From Planctomycetota bacterium (lineage in GTDB: Bacteria; Planctomycetota; UBA8108; SXIK01): DNA of 64,000 bases. The notes under the pieces were generated by a model. The model saw nothing but the letters and a program-made list of their open reading frames with translations. It did no database searches and was not told where the DNA came from. This document shows positions 20,107 to 29,754 of this stretch, piece after piece (the stretch's first letter is position 1; every line of letters starts with the position of its first letter). The position numbers and the translations under genes were made by a program. The stretch covers positions 7,680,001 to 7,744,000 of the forward strand of contig OZ244999.1 of NCBI GenBank assembly GCA_965223265.1, written 5' to 3'.

Positions 20107-22164
20107 ATGATTCACAACCCCGTCGACTCCCAACGAGAAGCCGCGATTGAGCGCTACCGCGTGCGCGACTGGGGCAAGGGCTACTTCTCAGTCAATCGCC
20201 ACGGCTGCGTGTCGGTCCGGCCATACAAGGTTGCCAACCAAGCCGTCGACCTCAAGGCGCTGGTCGACCAGCTCAAGGAGCGGGGGCTGGAGCTACCGCT
20301 TCTGATCCGATTCACGGACGTATTACGTCACAGAGTTGCCGACCTCACGAGCGCCTTCGCGGTCGCCATGCGAGAGAGTTGCTATCAGGGCGACTACTAC
20401 AGCATCTACCCGATCAAGGTGAATCAGCAGCGCCAAGTGGTGGAGGACCTTGTCGAGTGCGCCAAACAGTTTCCGCTCGGGCTGGAGTGCGGCTCAAAGC
20501 CTGAACTGCTGGCCGCGTTGGCGCTGACCTCTCTGGACGACAACCTCGTCATCTGCAATGGATTCAAGGATGACGATTTCCTCGAGATGGTGATGTTCGC
20601 ACAGAAGATCGGCAAGACCGTGATCCCTGTCGTCGAACAGTTCGGCGAGCTCGAGCTCATCCTCCACTACGCCCGCGAAGTCGGCATTCGACCGGTCTTC
20701 GGCGTTCGTGCGAAGTTGTCAAGTCCGGGAGCTGGTCGCTGGGAGCAGTCGAGCGGACCGCAATCGAAGTTTGGTCTGACCGCGACCGAGCTTGTGCGTG
20801 TCGTTGCGCGGCTGCAAGAAGAGGGTCTTTGTGACTGTCTTACGCTGCTGCACTTTCACATGGGGAGTCAGATCACCAACATTCTCAACATCAAGGCCGC
20901 CATCACTGAAGCGGCACGCATCTACGTGGAGCTCAAGCGCGCCGGGATCGGTCTGGGCCAGCTCGACGTCGGCGGTGGACTCGGTGTCGATTACGATGGG
21001 TCTCGCGGCAAGTTCGAGTCGTCGATCAACTACTCCCTCGAGGAATACGCAAACGATGTCGTCTCGCACATTAAGACAGTGTGCGACGAAGCTGGGGTCG
21101 AGCATCCCACGATCATCACCGAGGCCGGAAGAGCGCTCGCCGCTTACCACAGCGTCCTCGTCGTCAACGTCCTCGGTACATCCACGGACGATAGCGAGAG
21201 CGAGAACCAGGGCGCAGATCCAGACGGATCAGTACCTGCAAACGTCGCCCAGCCGATCAAGGACCTGCGCGCGCTCCTCCGCGGACTCACGACCGACAAC
21301 ATCCTCGAGTCGTACCACGGCGCAGTGCACCACTACAACGACAGCGTCAGTGCCTTCAACCTCGGGTACCTGAGCCTTGAGGAGCGCAGCATGGCCGAGC
21401 GGCTCTACTTGAAGCTCTCACGTAGAATCCTCGAGCTAGCGCGACGGCTCGATCCGGTGCCAGACGTCCTCAAGAGTCTCGAAGACGACCTCTGCTCGAC
21501 CTATTTTTGCAACTTCTCAGTCTTTCAGTCGTTGCCGGACAGTTGGGCGATTGAGCAACTCTTTCCGATCATGCCCATCCACCGCCTGCTCGAAACGCCG
21601 ACGCGACGTGGCGTGCTCGCTGACATCACATGCGATTCCGACGGCAAAGTAGATCGCTTTGTTGGTGGCGATGAAGTGGGGCAAACCCTCGCTCTCCACG
21701 AACCCAACGGTGACGACTACTACTTGGGGATCTTCTTGGTTGGTGCGTACCAAGAGATCCTTGGAGACCTCCACAACCTCTTCGGCGACACAAACTCGGT
21801 ACACGTGCGTCTCGATGAATCGCCTCGGTTTGGTGCAGACGGAGAAGCGGATCCGACGGACGTGAACATTGATATGGTCTTAAACGGCGACACCATGGCG
21901 CAGGTACTGACATACGTGCAGTACTCGCCGAGGGAACTGGTGAGTAGAATTCGCCAAGCGGTGGAGTCGGCCTTACGCGCCCGAAAAATCAGTCTGTCCG
22001 AAGCGGCGCGCTTCGTTCGCTTCCTGGAGCAAAGTCTCAATTCCTCCACCTACATCGCGTCGCGCGAGACTCCGGGCGGCCCGAAAACGCCCGCGATCAG
22101 CGACACGAGCGTTGAGCTCACGAGCGAGGCGGCTGCAGCCGATCAACTGCACCTCGAGACATAG
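20107..22164 (+). CDS. speA: Biosynthetic arginine decarboxylase
   Basis: WGKGYF, YPIKVNQ (PLP lysine), GSKPEL, HFHMGSQI, DVGGGLGVDYDG, FQSLPDSWAI, DITCDSDG, GAYQEILGDLHNLFGD; start approximate. Confidence 0.95.
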   Translation: MIHNPVDSQREAAIERYRVRDWGKGYFSVNRHGCVSVRPYKVANQAVDLKALVDQLKERGLELPLLIRFTDVLRHRVADLTSAFAVAMRESCYQGDYYSIYPIKVNQQRQVVEDLVECAKQFPLGLECGSKPELLAALALTSLDDNLVICNGFKDDDFLEMVMFAQKIGKTVIPVVEQFGELELILHYAREVGIRPVFGVRAKLSSPGAGRWEQSSGPQSKFGLTATELVRVVARLQEEGLCDCLTLLHFHMGSQITNILNIKAAITEAARIYVELKRAGIGLGQLDVGGGLGVDYDGSRGKFESSINYSLEEYANDVVSHIKTVCDEAGVEHPTIITEAGRALAAYHSVLVVNVLGTSTDDSESENQGADPDGSVPANVAQPIKDLRALLRGLTTDNILESYHGAVHHYNDSVSAFNLGYLSLEERSMAERLYLKLSRRILELARRLDPVPDVLKSLEDDLCSTYFCNFSVFQSLPDSWAIEQLFPIMPIHRLLETPTRRGVLADITCDSDGKVDRFVGGDEVGQTLALHEPNGDDYYLGIFLVGAYQEILGDLHNLFGDTNSVHVRLDESPRFGADGEADPTDVNIDMVLNGDTMAQVLTYVQYSPRELVSRIRQAVESALRARKISLSEAARFVRFLEQSLNSSTYIASRETPGGPKTPAISDTSVELTSEAAAADQLHLET

Positions 22165-22202
22165 CCCGCCGACTTGGCGATCTTCACGCGCGGCGCCGCA
22201 TG

Positions 22203-22895
22203 TCACGCCGGATCGCAGCGCGGGGCGCCGCGCTGAAGCGGATGCGAACGGCAGTCACAACGACGAGCGCCGGACCCACAGAACGGCATGATCCAACTCG
22301 CCGTCAAGGTGAGCGGCAACCCAACGACGTTGTAAAAGCAGCCGTCGAACCCCTCGACGAGTTGCTCACCTTCCCCTTGAATACCGTAAGCGCCGGCCTT
22401 GCCAAGTGGCTCGCCGCCAGTGACGTAGGCCGAGATTTCAGCGTCGCGAAGCCGGCGGAAGGCAACGTGTGTAGCTTCAACCGCGCGCTGTGTGACGTCG
22501 CCACGGCAGAGCGCTACGCCTGTGTAGACCGTGTGACATCTGCCGCTCAGCTCCGTGAGCATGCGCGTCGCGTCGGCCACATCGACAGGCTTACCAAACA
22601 TCTCATCGCCGAGCGCCACGACTGTGTCGGCTCCAAGCACCCAAACGCCTTCGGCGTCCGCCGCACTCTCTGTCACCAAACGATCGCGCACAGCCGTCGC
22701 CTTGGCGCGCGCCAATTCGACGGCGACATCACGAGGCGCCCCGGCGCATTGGGACTCGTCCACATCGCTGACGACGCACGCGAACTCGCAATCCAGCCGT
22801 CGCAGCAACTGCGCGCGGCGTGGAGAGCCCGAAGCGAGCACGAGCTGCGCACGCGGTGCCTCTCGCGACGGTGATTGAGCTGAGCCGATCTTCAT
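22203..22895 (-). CDS. maf: Maf family nucleoside triphosphate pyrophosphatase (YhdE-like)
   Basis: LASGSPRR, GADTVV, GKP, GKAGAYGIQG, NVVGLP. Confidence 0.92.
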   Translation of the reverse strand: MKIGSAQSPSREAPRAQLVLASGSPRRAQLLRRLDCEFACVVSDVDESQCAGAPRDVAVELARAKATAVRDRLVTESAADAEGVWVLGADTVVALGDEMFGKPVDVADATRMLTELSGRCHTVYTGVALCRGDVTQRAVEATHVAFRRLRDAEISAYVTGGEPLGKAGAYGIQGEGEQLVEGFDGCFYNVVGLPLTLTASWIMPFCGSGARRCDCRSHPLQRGAPRCDPA

Positions 22896-23291
22896 TGCAT
22901 GCGATCCAATGAGCGGAAGTTGGGAAGCGCGGCGTCGGTCCCAGTCCGGCGCCTACCCGGGGGCGCGCAAAAAGCATCATACACCTACTGAACAAACGGT
23001 CCCACAGGAGGACGCGTACACACGCTTCGAATCAGCCGATAAGCAGCGCGGACTCGGCGTCGTAACTTCGCGCCCGATAGAGTCCTCGACGCGACCGACG
23101 AGAATCGCAACGCAGCCGCAAAACGGCTCCCCATCAAAGCCTTGAAGATAGCGTCTTGTTCAGTTCACGATCACCCGTTACCATCGGGTCTCTGGGTCGC
23201 AAGATTGAACCGATGAACCATGTGCCACGCGGCGGACATCCGATCGCCCGCCTCGCGTGGGCCGGCGTGTCCACCTGACTGTGTCACGGCG

Positions 23292-26200
23292 ATGAAGCTT
23301 CCCCTCTGGTGCCGTCGCGCCCCTACGCGGCTGCTCCCTGCGCAAATCTCACAACGCCCCTTAGCCCTCCTGGTGCTACTTGCACTCTGCGGCGCGGTGT
23401 GGATTCCCACAGCGAGGCTAGCGCAAGCACAAGATATAGTGCAGCCCATCGGACCCGAACAGGACGTCGACTCGGATGAGGACGGCCTCCCCGACGTCGA
23501 CGAACGCGAGCTCGGCACAAGCCCGCGCTCACCCGATACTGACGGCGATGGCCTTCTCGACGGCTGGGAAGTGCAAGGGTACCGCAACGGTCGACTGTTT
23601 GAACCACTTCATATGTACGGCGCCGATCCTCTCCGCAAAGACATCTTCGTCGAAATCGACTGGATGCTGACTGCTGACGGGTCGTCCACGGAGAACGCTC
23701 GCCTCGCCTACCAAGCCGCTGTCGACATCACCCGGGTGTTCGAAGATTCCGGCACAGGGATTCGGATTCACTTCGACCTTGGAGCCGACATCGAGTCGCT
23801 ACTTGCGCCCGAAGAGATTGATGACGCGTTCGACACGGACGCTTTCGCAGCGACGCTTGACACGGCAAAGTTGATACCATTTCGCGAGTCATTTCCGAGT
23901 CGACCGGGTTGCGCCCAGGCTGAAGGCCAGCTATCGCTCTACAACCTATACACCCACTCTCAGTACTTCCGCAGCGCGCGACGCAACCTGTTCTACTACG
24001 TGATCATCGCCGAGCAGGAGAGGCCAACACAAGCGGAACCGTCTTTGGGCGACGCGTCGTTCAACGCATTCGTCGATGATTTTAGCGACGAGTCGGCCCG
24101 CTTCGCCGGCCTCCGACCTACCGGCGTTCATGCGATCTTGGTTTACCGCCGACCGCTGCACTCGGTCGATGCAGAAACCCAGAGGTTCCGTTTCTCTTCC
24201 GCTCTGCTGCATGAACTCGGACATGCCTTCGGGCTCGGGCACGGCGGCGTTCTCGCCAACGGACGCTGGGACAACTCTAACGATCGCGCCAACTACGTCA
24301 GCGTCATGAACTACCGTTATCTGTTCTGGGGTACCGAGCTGCGCGACGGCAAACCGCGCATCGATTTCTCGCATGGTGTTTTCACCCGCTCTTTGGTCGA
24401 ACACTCGCTTCTCGAATCGGTGGGAATGGGAGCTTTCGCGAACGACCACATTTTGGCTAACCTGCGGGTGTCGAGGCTGCCCGATTCGCCCTTCGTGTCA
24501 AACATCGACTGGGATCGCGACGGCGTACTGTCGGGCGAACCCGTACGGTTTGATCTCAACGCAAATCAAATCATCGACGACTCGCCGTCCTCCGACCACG
24601 ATGATTGGCGCCACTTGGAACGTTCCGGATTCAACGGCATCGGCAGGCGCGCGTTCCGCGGCTGCGGCCTTTCATGTGCTCGTGGCGAAACCGTGGTTCG
24701 TCTCTTCGGGGACTACGACGGCGACGGAGTCACCGACGTTGCGTTTGCGCGTGGCGACGAAATCTTGACGACGCTCAACAGAAGCGACGAGCGCTTCTCG
24801 ATGCCGGAAGGAGGCCTGACGTCGATCAGCGTAGATTCATGGGAGCTCTCCTCCGGAGACGGTTTTCTCGTCGGCAATTTCCGCGGCGAAGGGCGCGACG
24901 CCCTTTTCATCCACCGCGGCTTCGAGGCCAGTCTCATGAGGTGGAGTGGAAGTGGGCTCGAGCTGGCGTGGCACTTCGACGGTACGATCCCAACGGTCTC
25001 GCCCGAAACCTCGTCTTGGGAGCTGACTCCGCACGATACGTTCGTCCGCCTCCGTTCGGACGACATAACGATCCCCGACCTTCTAGCGGTGAGCAACGGC
25101 GAAGAGGTCGCCCTGGTCGGCACCGTCGCGGGCGATCCGCCGGACGGGGTGAGCGCCATCCCGGAGTTGGTCGTCAGGTGGCGTGCGGAACTCCGTCCGG
25201 ACGCGCCAATCGCTGCGGAAACGGCGCCGCTGGTCATGAGGCCGGGACGATCATTGAGAACAGGAAAGAAAACCGTTTTCGCGCACAACAGCCGCACGTT
25301 CGTCGAGATCTTCACCGACGAGGAAGCACCGGCGGTCGTTCAGTTGTCCATCGATGAGGGAAAGATTCCAGGAAGCCCCCGATTTCCAGACGGCTGGGAG
25401 CTCGACCCCGACGATTGTGTGCGCACCGCAGACGTCGATGGAGATGGGGACGACGAACTCATACTGTCGCGAAGTCGCCAGATCGGGTTGGTCGACTGGG
25501 TGGCGATCGGTGGGGACGAAGGCGCCACGGAGACGCAAGCACAACTCGTCTGGCTCGCACGCAGCCAAATCGGATTCTGGAATCTCGCCCAAACCACTTC
25601 AATGCACACTGGTCGCCTGATTTCAGCGGATCGAGACGCACTTCTTCTCTCCTCTGGCTCAGCTTGGATGGCGCTCGAGTGGAACTCGAGTCGCCAAGAG
25701 TTCGACGAGGCCAGCTTCGATCGCCAAGTCCTCTTCGGCGCCACGCGCAACTTGCCTCTGGTAAGCCGCCAGCAGCTCTTTGTCGGCTCGTTTCTTCCCG
25801 AGCGCAACGATGTTGTGCTGGCGCGCGACGATGACTCGATCGCCATCGCAGAGTTCACCGAGGACGGCTTCGAGCCGGTCATCTTCATCGACCGAGAATC
25901 GACCCCGTGGACGCTCAGCAGCGACGACGTTCTTCTGCCAGCAAATCTCGATGGCGACCCCGAGACCGAACTTTTTCTGCGCAAGTCCGATCTTCTCTGC
26001 GTGCTCGACTTCTCCCCGGGCACGGAAACGCCACAGATACTTCGATTGCGGGAGAACAATTTCCGCCTCGTCCCTGCCACCATGTTCAAGCGGGGCGATG
26101 CGAATTCAGATTCCGCGGTTGACATAGCCGACGCCGTGAACATTCTGAACTTCCTGTTCATCGGTACCGTCGAAATTGAGTGTCAGGACGCCGCAGACGT

Positions 26201-26348
26201 CGACGACAACGGCGGCCTCGATCTCAGCGATCCGATCAACCTGCTGAATTTTCTCTTCAGCGTGACTTCGTTCGAAGTCCCTCCGCCTGGAGCGCGGACG
26301 CCGGGAATCGATCCGACGGTGGACGGGATCGATTGTCCCCGGTTTTGA
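23292..26348 (+). CDS. Secreted zinc metalloprotease with Ca-binding (TSP3-like) repeats, FG-GAP/VCBS-like repeats and C-terminal dockerin-like domain
   Basis: DSDEDGLPD/DTDGDGLLDGWE, ADP.RKDIFVEID, LHELGHAFGLGH with SVMNY Met-turn, GDYDGDG, FKRGDANSDSAVDIADA. Confidence 0.82.
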   Translation: MKLPLWCRRAPTRLLPAQISQRPLALLVLLALCGAVWIPTARLAQAQDIVQPIGPEQDVDSDEDGLPDVDERELGTSPRSPDTDGDGLLDGWEVQGYRNGRLFEPLHMYGADPLRKDIFVEIDWMLTADGSSTENARLAYQAAVDITRVFEDSGTGIRIHFDLGADIESLLAPEEIDDAFDTDAFAATLDTAKLIPFRESFPSRPGCAQAEGQLSLYNLYTHSQYFRSARRNLFYYVIIAEQERPTQAEPSLGDASFNAFVDDFSDESARFAGLRPTGVHAILVYRRPLHSVDAETQRFRFSSALLHELGHAFGLGHGGVLANGRWDNSNDRANYVSVMNYRYLFWGTELRDGKPRIDFSHGVFTRSLVEHSLLESVGMGAFANDHILANLRVSRLPDSPFVSNIDWDRDGVLSGEPVRFDLNANQIIDDSPSSDHDDWRHLERSGFNGIGRRAFRGCGLSCARGETVVRLFGDYDGDGVTDVAFARGDEILTTLNRSDERFSMPEGGLTSISVDSWELSSGDGFLVGNFRGEGRDALFIHRGFEASLMRWSGSGLELAWHFDGTIPTVSPETSSWELTPHDTFVRLRSDDITIPDLLAVSNGEEVALVGTVAGDPPDGVSAIPELVVRWRAELRPDAPIAAETAPLVMRPGRSLRTGKKTVFAHNSRTFVEIFTDEEAPAVVQLSIDEGKIPGSPRFPDGWELDPDDCVRTADVDGDGDDELILSRSRQIGLVDWVAIGGDEGATETQAQLVWLARSQIGFWNLAQTTSMHTGRLISADRDALLLSSGSAWMALEWNSSRQEFDEASFDRQVLFGATRNLPLVSRQQLFVGSFLPERNDVVLARDDDSIAIAEFTEDGFEPVIFIDRESTPWTLSSDDVLLPANLDGDPETELFLRKSDLLCVLDFSPGTETPQILRLRENNFRLVPATMFKRGDANSDSAVDIADAVNILNFLFIGTVEIECQDAADVDDNGGLDLSDPINLLNFLFSVTSFEVPPPGARTPGIDPTVDGIDCPRF

Positions 26349-26418
26349 GCTGTGCTATACATGTGTGAAACGCCGGTCGGGAAAACTGACCGCCCGTTAA
26401 CGACGCGGAGATTTTGAG

Positions 26419-26640
26419 ATGCCTTTGTTTGACTACCGCTGCGAGCAGTGCGACAAGGAATTCGAAGCGCTCGTCTCCGGTGAACGGACGCCAGAGTGCC
26501 CCGCGTGTGGCAGTCGCGATCTGGAAAAACAGCTCGCAGGTTTCGCCGTGGGTGCCAGCAATCGCAGCAGCGCAGCCACGCCTGGATCCTGTTCGACGTG
26601 CGGCGACCCACGCGGACCCGGGGCGTGTCAGATCCCTTGA
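26419..26640 (+). CDS. FmdB-family zinc-ribbon protein
   Basis: MPLFDYRCEQC..FE..CPACGS and C-terminal CSTC..C; GGAG RBS. Confidence 0.88.
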   Translation: MPLFDYRCEQCDKEFEALVSGERTPECPACGSRDLEKQLAGFAVGASNRSSAATPGSCSTCGDPRGPGACQIP

Positions 26641-26650
26641 ATCGCTCGAG

Positions 26651-27667
26651 CTAGTTCCCCGCGAGGTCCACCGCGGCGAACCAGCCTTCGGCGGTCCAGA
26701 CCTGAAACCACTCTTTCAGCGAGCCGATCACTTCGTCCGCGTCGACCTCGTCGTGCGCAATACACTCTTCGAGTGCCTCACCTAAGGGTCTGCCCGCCGC
26801 AAGCGTCGTCAGCAGCGCAAACTGCGGCAGCGTCAAAGGGATTCGCCAAGTGCGAAAATCCTTGCGAAACACTGCGACCCACGACTCCTCGCGCGCAGGG
26901 ATCGGTGTCTCCGCATCCTTCTTAAGCGACTGCATGTAGGCGCTCACCGGATAGCTCAAGCGATGGAGCTGACACGCCTCAATGAAGTGAAAACGAATCC
27001 TGCCCCAATCGTCCATCGGGATCGACAGCAAGTCATCCATCGCCAGCTGTGGGGTCCGAGGCGCATCAAAGACCTCTTGGATGGATCGCTCGACGAGTGC
27101 CACGTCGCAGACGAAGTCCAGATCCGCTTGCCGATTCTCGAACGGCGAAAGGCTGCGCTCTGAATCTTCCACGGCGGTGTCCGCTGACGCGTCGTCAGAG
27201 GCAAGGTCGGATGCGGATTCAGAGGCGGCGACGGGTGCGGTTGTCGCCGCGAGGTACGCACGCAGCGGCTCGGCGTCGCGGCGCAGGTACGCTGGAAACT
27301 CAGCACCTAGCATCGACAGGCTGTAGTGGCGCGACGGATTCTTGCGCAGATAGTCGACCGCTGTGTCGTAGAAGAGCTTCTTACCGATCAGGTCGCGGAC
27401 GATTGAGTAGTCGTCGGCGAGGGTGTCGACAAGGCGCCAGAAGTACGCGTTGGCATAGACGCTGAGGCGCTCGGCGGGCGTGCAAAGATTCGACGGCTCG
27501 ATGATATCGCTGATCTCGCGAGCCTGAGGATCAATCTCGGGCCGTGGGAAGTCCACTGCGGCCGCGTCCGTTCGAAATCCAGCCTCGACACCATCGGGAT
27601 GCGAAATCACCTCGAGCATCCAGCGTTCGAGGCGGGCCAGACCCGGCGACTCTCGCGGCTCAGCCAT
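26651..27667 (-). CDS. DUF2063 (BufC/HvfC-like) MNIO partner protein
   Basis: ERLSVYANAYFWRL..LADDY, YL..NPS, LGAEFPAYL; overlaps the end of the DUF692 gene. Confidence 0.85.
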   Translation of the reverse strand: MAEPRESPGLARLERWMLEVISHPDGVEAGFRTDAAAVDFPRPEIDPQAREISDIIEPSNLCTPAERLSVYANAYFWRLVDTLADDYSIVRDLIGKKLFYDTAVDYLRKNPSRHYSLSMLGAEFPAYLRRDAEPLRAYLAATTAPVAASESASDLASDDASADTAVEDSERSLSPFENRQADLDFVCDVALVERSIQEVFDAPRTPQLAMDDLLSIPMDDWGRIRFHFIEACQLHRLSYPVSAYMQSLKKDAETPIPAREESWVAVFRKDFRTWRIPLTLPQFALLTTLAAGRPLGEALEECIAHDEVDADEVIGSLKEWFQVWTAEGWFAAVDLAGN

Positions 27668-28523
27668 GGCGGATCGCCCCCGCATCCGAGTCGACGTCCT
27701 GACGATAGGCGCGCGCCTTCAGCACTTCGTCGTGCAGCACTTGGAATTCAGGAATATCGGCGTCCCACTCGAGGAGGGTCGCTCGTCCGCCAGCGCGCCG
27801 ATGCACGTAGCCGTAGAACTCCCACACCTTGTCGATGACGTGATCGTTGTGCGTGTCGATGCAGTGCGTTCCCTTGTCGGTGTGGCCGGCGAGATGGATC
27901 TGCACGACGCGGTCGTAGGGTATCTTCTGTAAGAATTCGTAGGGGTCGAGGTCGTGGTTGCGCGAGGTGACATACACATTGTTGACGTCGAGCAGCAGCG
28001 CGCAGTCGGCGTCTTCGGCGAGGCGGGCGATGAACTCTTCCTCCGGCATCGTCGACGTCGTGAATGTGACGTAGGTCGACGGATTCTCGAGCACAACTGG
28101 TCGCTCGAGGTAGTCCTGAACGACGCGGACGCGCTCGATCATGTGAGCGAGGCTCTCTTCGTTGTACGGCAGCGGATAGAGATCATGGCCGTTGCGACCA
28201 GCGACGCCGGTCCAGCACACGTGATCCCCAAGCCAGACGGCACCGACGCGATCGGCGAGGGTTTTCAGGCGCCGCAGGTACTCAAAATCGATCGGGTCGG
28301 TGCTGCCGATCGAGAGCGACACGCCATGCATGACGATGGGGTAACGCTCGGCCACTTGATCGAGGACGTGGAGCGGCCGGCCGCCCGAGTCCATGAAGTT
28401 CTCCGAGATGATCTCGAACCAGTCGACGTCCGGCTGGTGCTCAAGCACATGGCCAAAGTGCACCGTGCGAAGTCCGACGCCGAGGCCGAGATCAGGGAGA
28501 TTCCACCGATTCGGAATGATCAT
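27660..28523 (-). CDS. DUF692 multinuclear non-haem iron-dependent oxidase (MNIO; MbnB/TglH/BufB/HvfB family)
   Basis: GVGLR, WFEIISENF, HGVSLSIG, DHVCW, LENPS, LLLDVNNVY, IHLAGH, IDTH, LLEWD. Confidence 0.95.
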   Translation of the reverse strand: MIIPNRWNLPDLGLGVGLRTVHFGHVLEHQPDVDWFEIISENFMDSGGRPLHVLDQVAERYPIVMHGVSLSIGSTDPIDFEYLRRLKTLADRVGAVWLGDHVCWTGVAGRNGHDLYPLPYNEESLAHMIERVRVVQDYLERPVVLENPSTYVTFTTSTMPEEEFIARLAEDADCALLLDVNNVYVTSRNHDLDPYEFLQKIPYDRVVQIHLAGHTDKGTHCIDTHNDHVIDKVWEFYGYVHRRAGGRATLLEWDADIPEFQVLHDEVLKARAYRQDVDSDAGAIRHG

Positions 28524-28670
28524 GGGGGTCTCGCAGGTTGGCGACGGAAAAGAGGCGCGACCGAGACGGTGCGTGTCTCGAGGAAAACGGGTCCAGCCCG
28601 GCTTTCTCCAGCGCGCGCCCACGCAACAAGTCGGCGAGAAAACCGGGCCTGGACTCGAGGTCGACCTCGT

Positions 28671-28702
28671 CGCAGCGGCTTCACAGCGCGGAAGCCGCCG
28701 CG
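28671..28702 (-). terminator. Stem-loop between precursor and MNIO genes (attenuator or mRNA stabiliser)
   Basis: CGCAGCGGCTTC-8 nt loop-GAAGCCGCCGCG; perfect palindrome CGAGGTCGACCTCG next to it at 28656-28669; no clear U-tract. Confidence 0.4.
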
Positions 28703-28736
28703 AACGGAGTCTTTGGAAATCGTTCGCAGATCGAGA

Positions 28737-29102
28737 TCAGTGCTTGAGCGGCACGGCGCAGCCGCCCTTTTCTTTACACGTGTTCTTGCCGGCACAGCCC
28801 TGGTCGCCGCTGCCGCAGCCACCGAGGCCTTTGCACTCGTTCTTTCCCGCGCAATCGTGGTGCGGGACGGTCGCACAGCCGCCCTTGCCCTCACAAGCGT
28901 TTTGACCCTTGCACTCGTTGTCGGCTGTCTTGCAGCCGCCTTTGCCCTTACACGAGTTCTTGCCCTTGCAGATGTGCTTTTCGGCCGCCTCGGCGACATT
29001 CTCATCTTTGTCGCTACTGCAGCCGCCCGCGAGCCCAGCAAACAATCCGCCGACCGCGGCCCCCAGCATCTTCTTGTTGAACTCGCGCCGTTTCATCTCC
29101 AT
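28737..29102 (-). CDS. Cys-rich RiPP precursor (bufferin BufA2-like) with Tat signal and lipobox
   Basis: MEMKRREFNKKMLGAAVGGLFAGLAGGC followed by four CxGxNxCxxxGGC repeats; GAGGTG RBS; directly upstream of DUF692. Confidence 0.88.
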   Translation of the reverse strand: MEMKRREFNKKMLGAAVGGLFAGLAGGCSSDKDENVAEAAEKHICKGKNSCKGKGGCKTADNECKGQNACEGKGGCATVPHHDCAGKNECKGLGGCGSGDQGCAGKNTCKEKGGCAVPLKH

Positions 29103-29754
29103 GCGGAACACCTCATACAACATGCTGTACGGAAACCGTGTGGAATCTCACCAGGAAGCGCCGTACCCACTCGCCGGTGTTTCGCCCCAGAGGGGCTCGC
29201 CAACCAAAGATCCACCAGAGAGACAACGGTGCGCCGACCGCCGGAGTTCCCGTCGGCCGCCGCCACGGCTCGGGTGTTCCTCATGCCCACATGCCACCCG
29301 GTCCCACTCTGGCGCCGGCTAAAATACTCCATACCCCATCCCAAAGCCAGCCTTACCACACGCCCGCCCGTCACGGCGCTCTGGGTAAGGTGAAGAAAGG
29401 TCCGCGGGCCGCTTCGGCGCACTTGACCGCCCCCGCTCGACAGCCTACAGTGGAACCTTGGGTTGGCCTATCCCCGCATGTCAACTGCGCTGTGTTCGGG
29501 TGCCGGACGGTCCCTCTTTTCGCAGGGAAATGAACGACTCCGGCGGCGTGCGTCGCGTTCAGGATCGAGGGTCGAGAGACGCGCTCAGCGTGCGTCTTCA
29601 GCCGCGACGAGAAGCGCCGAGAGATGCGGATCGGAGGGGCGAAAACTGCAGGTCGGTGACCAAATGGTCATCGGCCCCCCCACCTGCACTCCGCTCCAGA
29701 ACTTTCCACACTGCTCGAGCGGAATGACTGACCACAACGAGTGGGAGAACTCGA

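Noticed and set aside
26419-26640. FmdB zinc ribbon as a second MNIO substrate
   Set aside because: Opposite strand, convergent with the RiPP operon, and an ordinary widespread family
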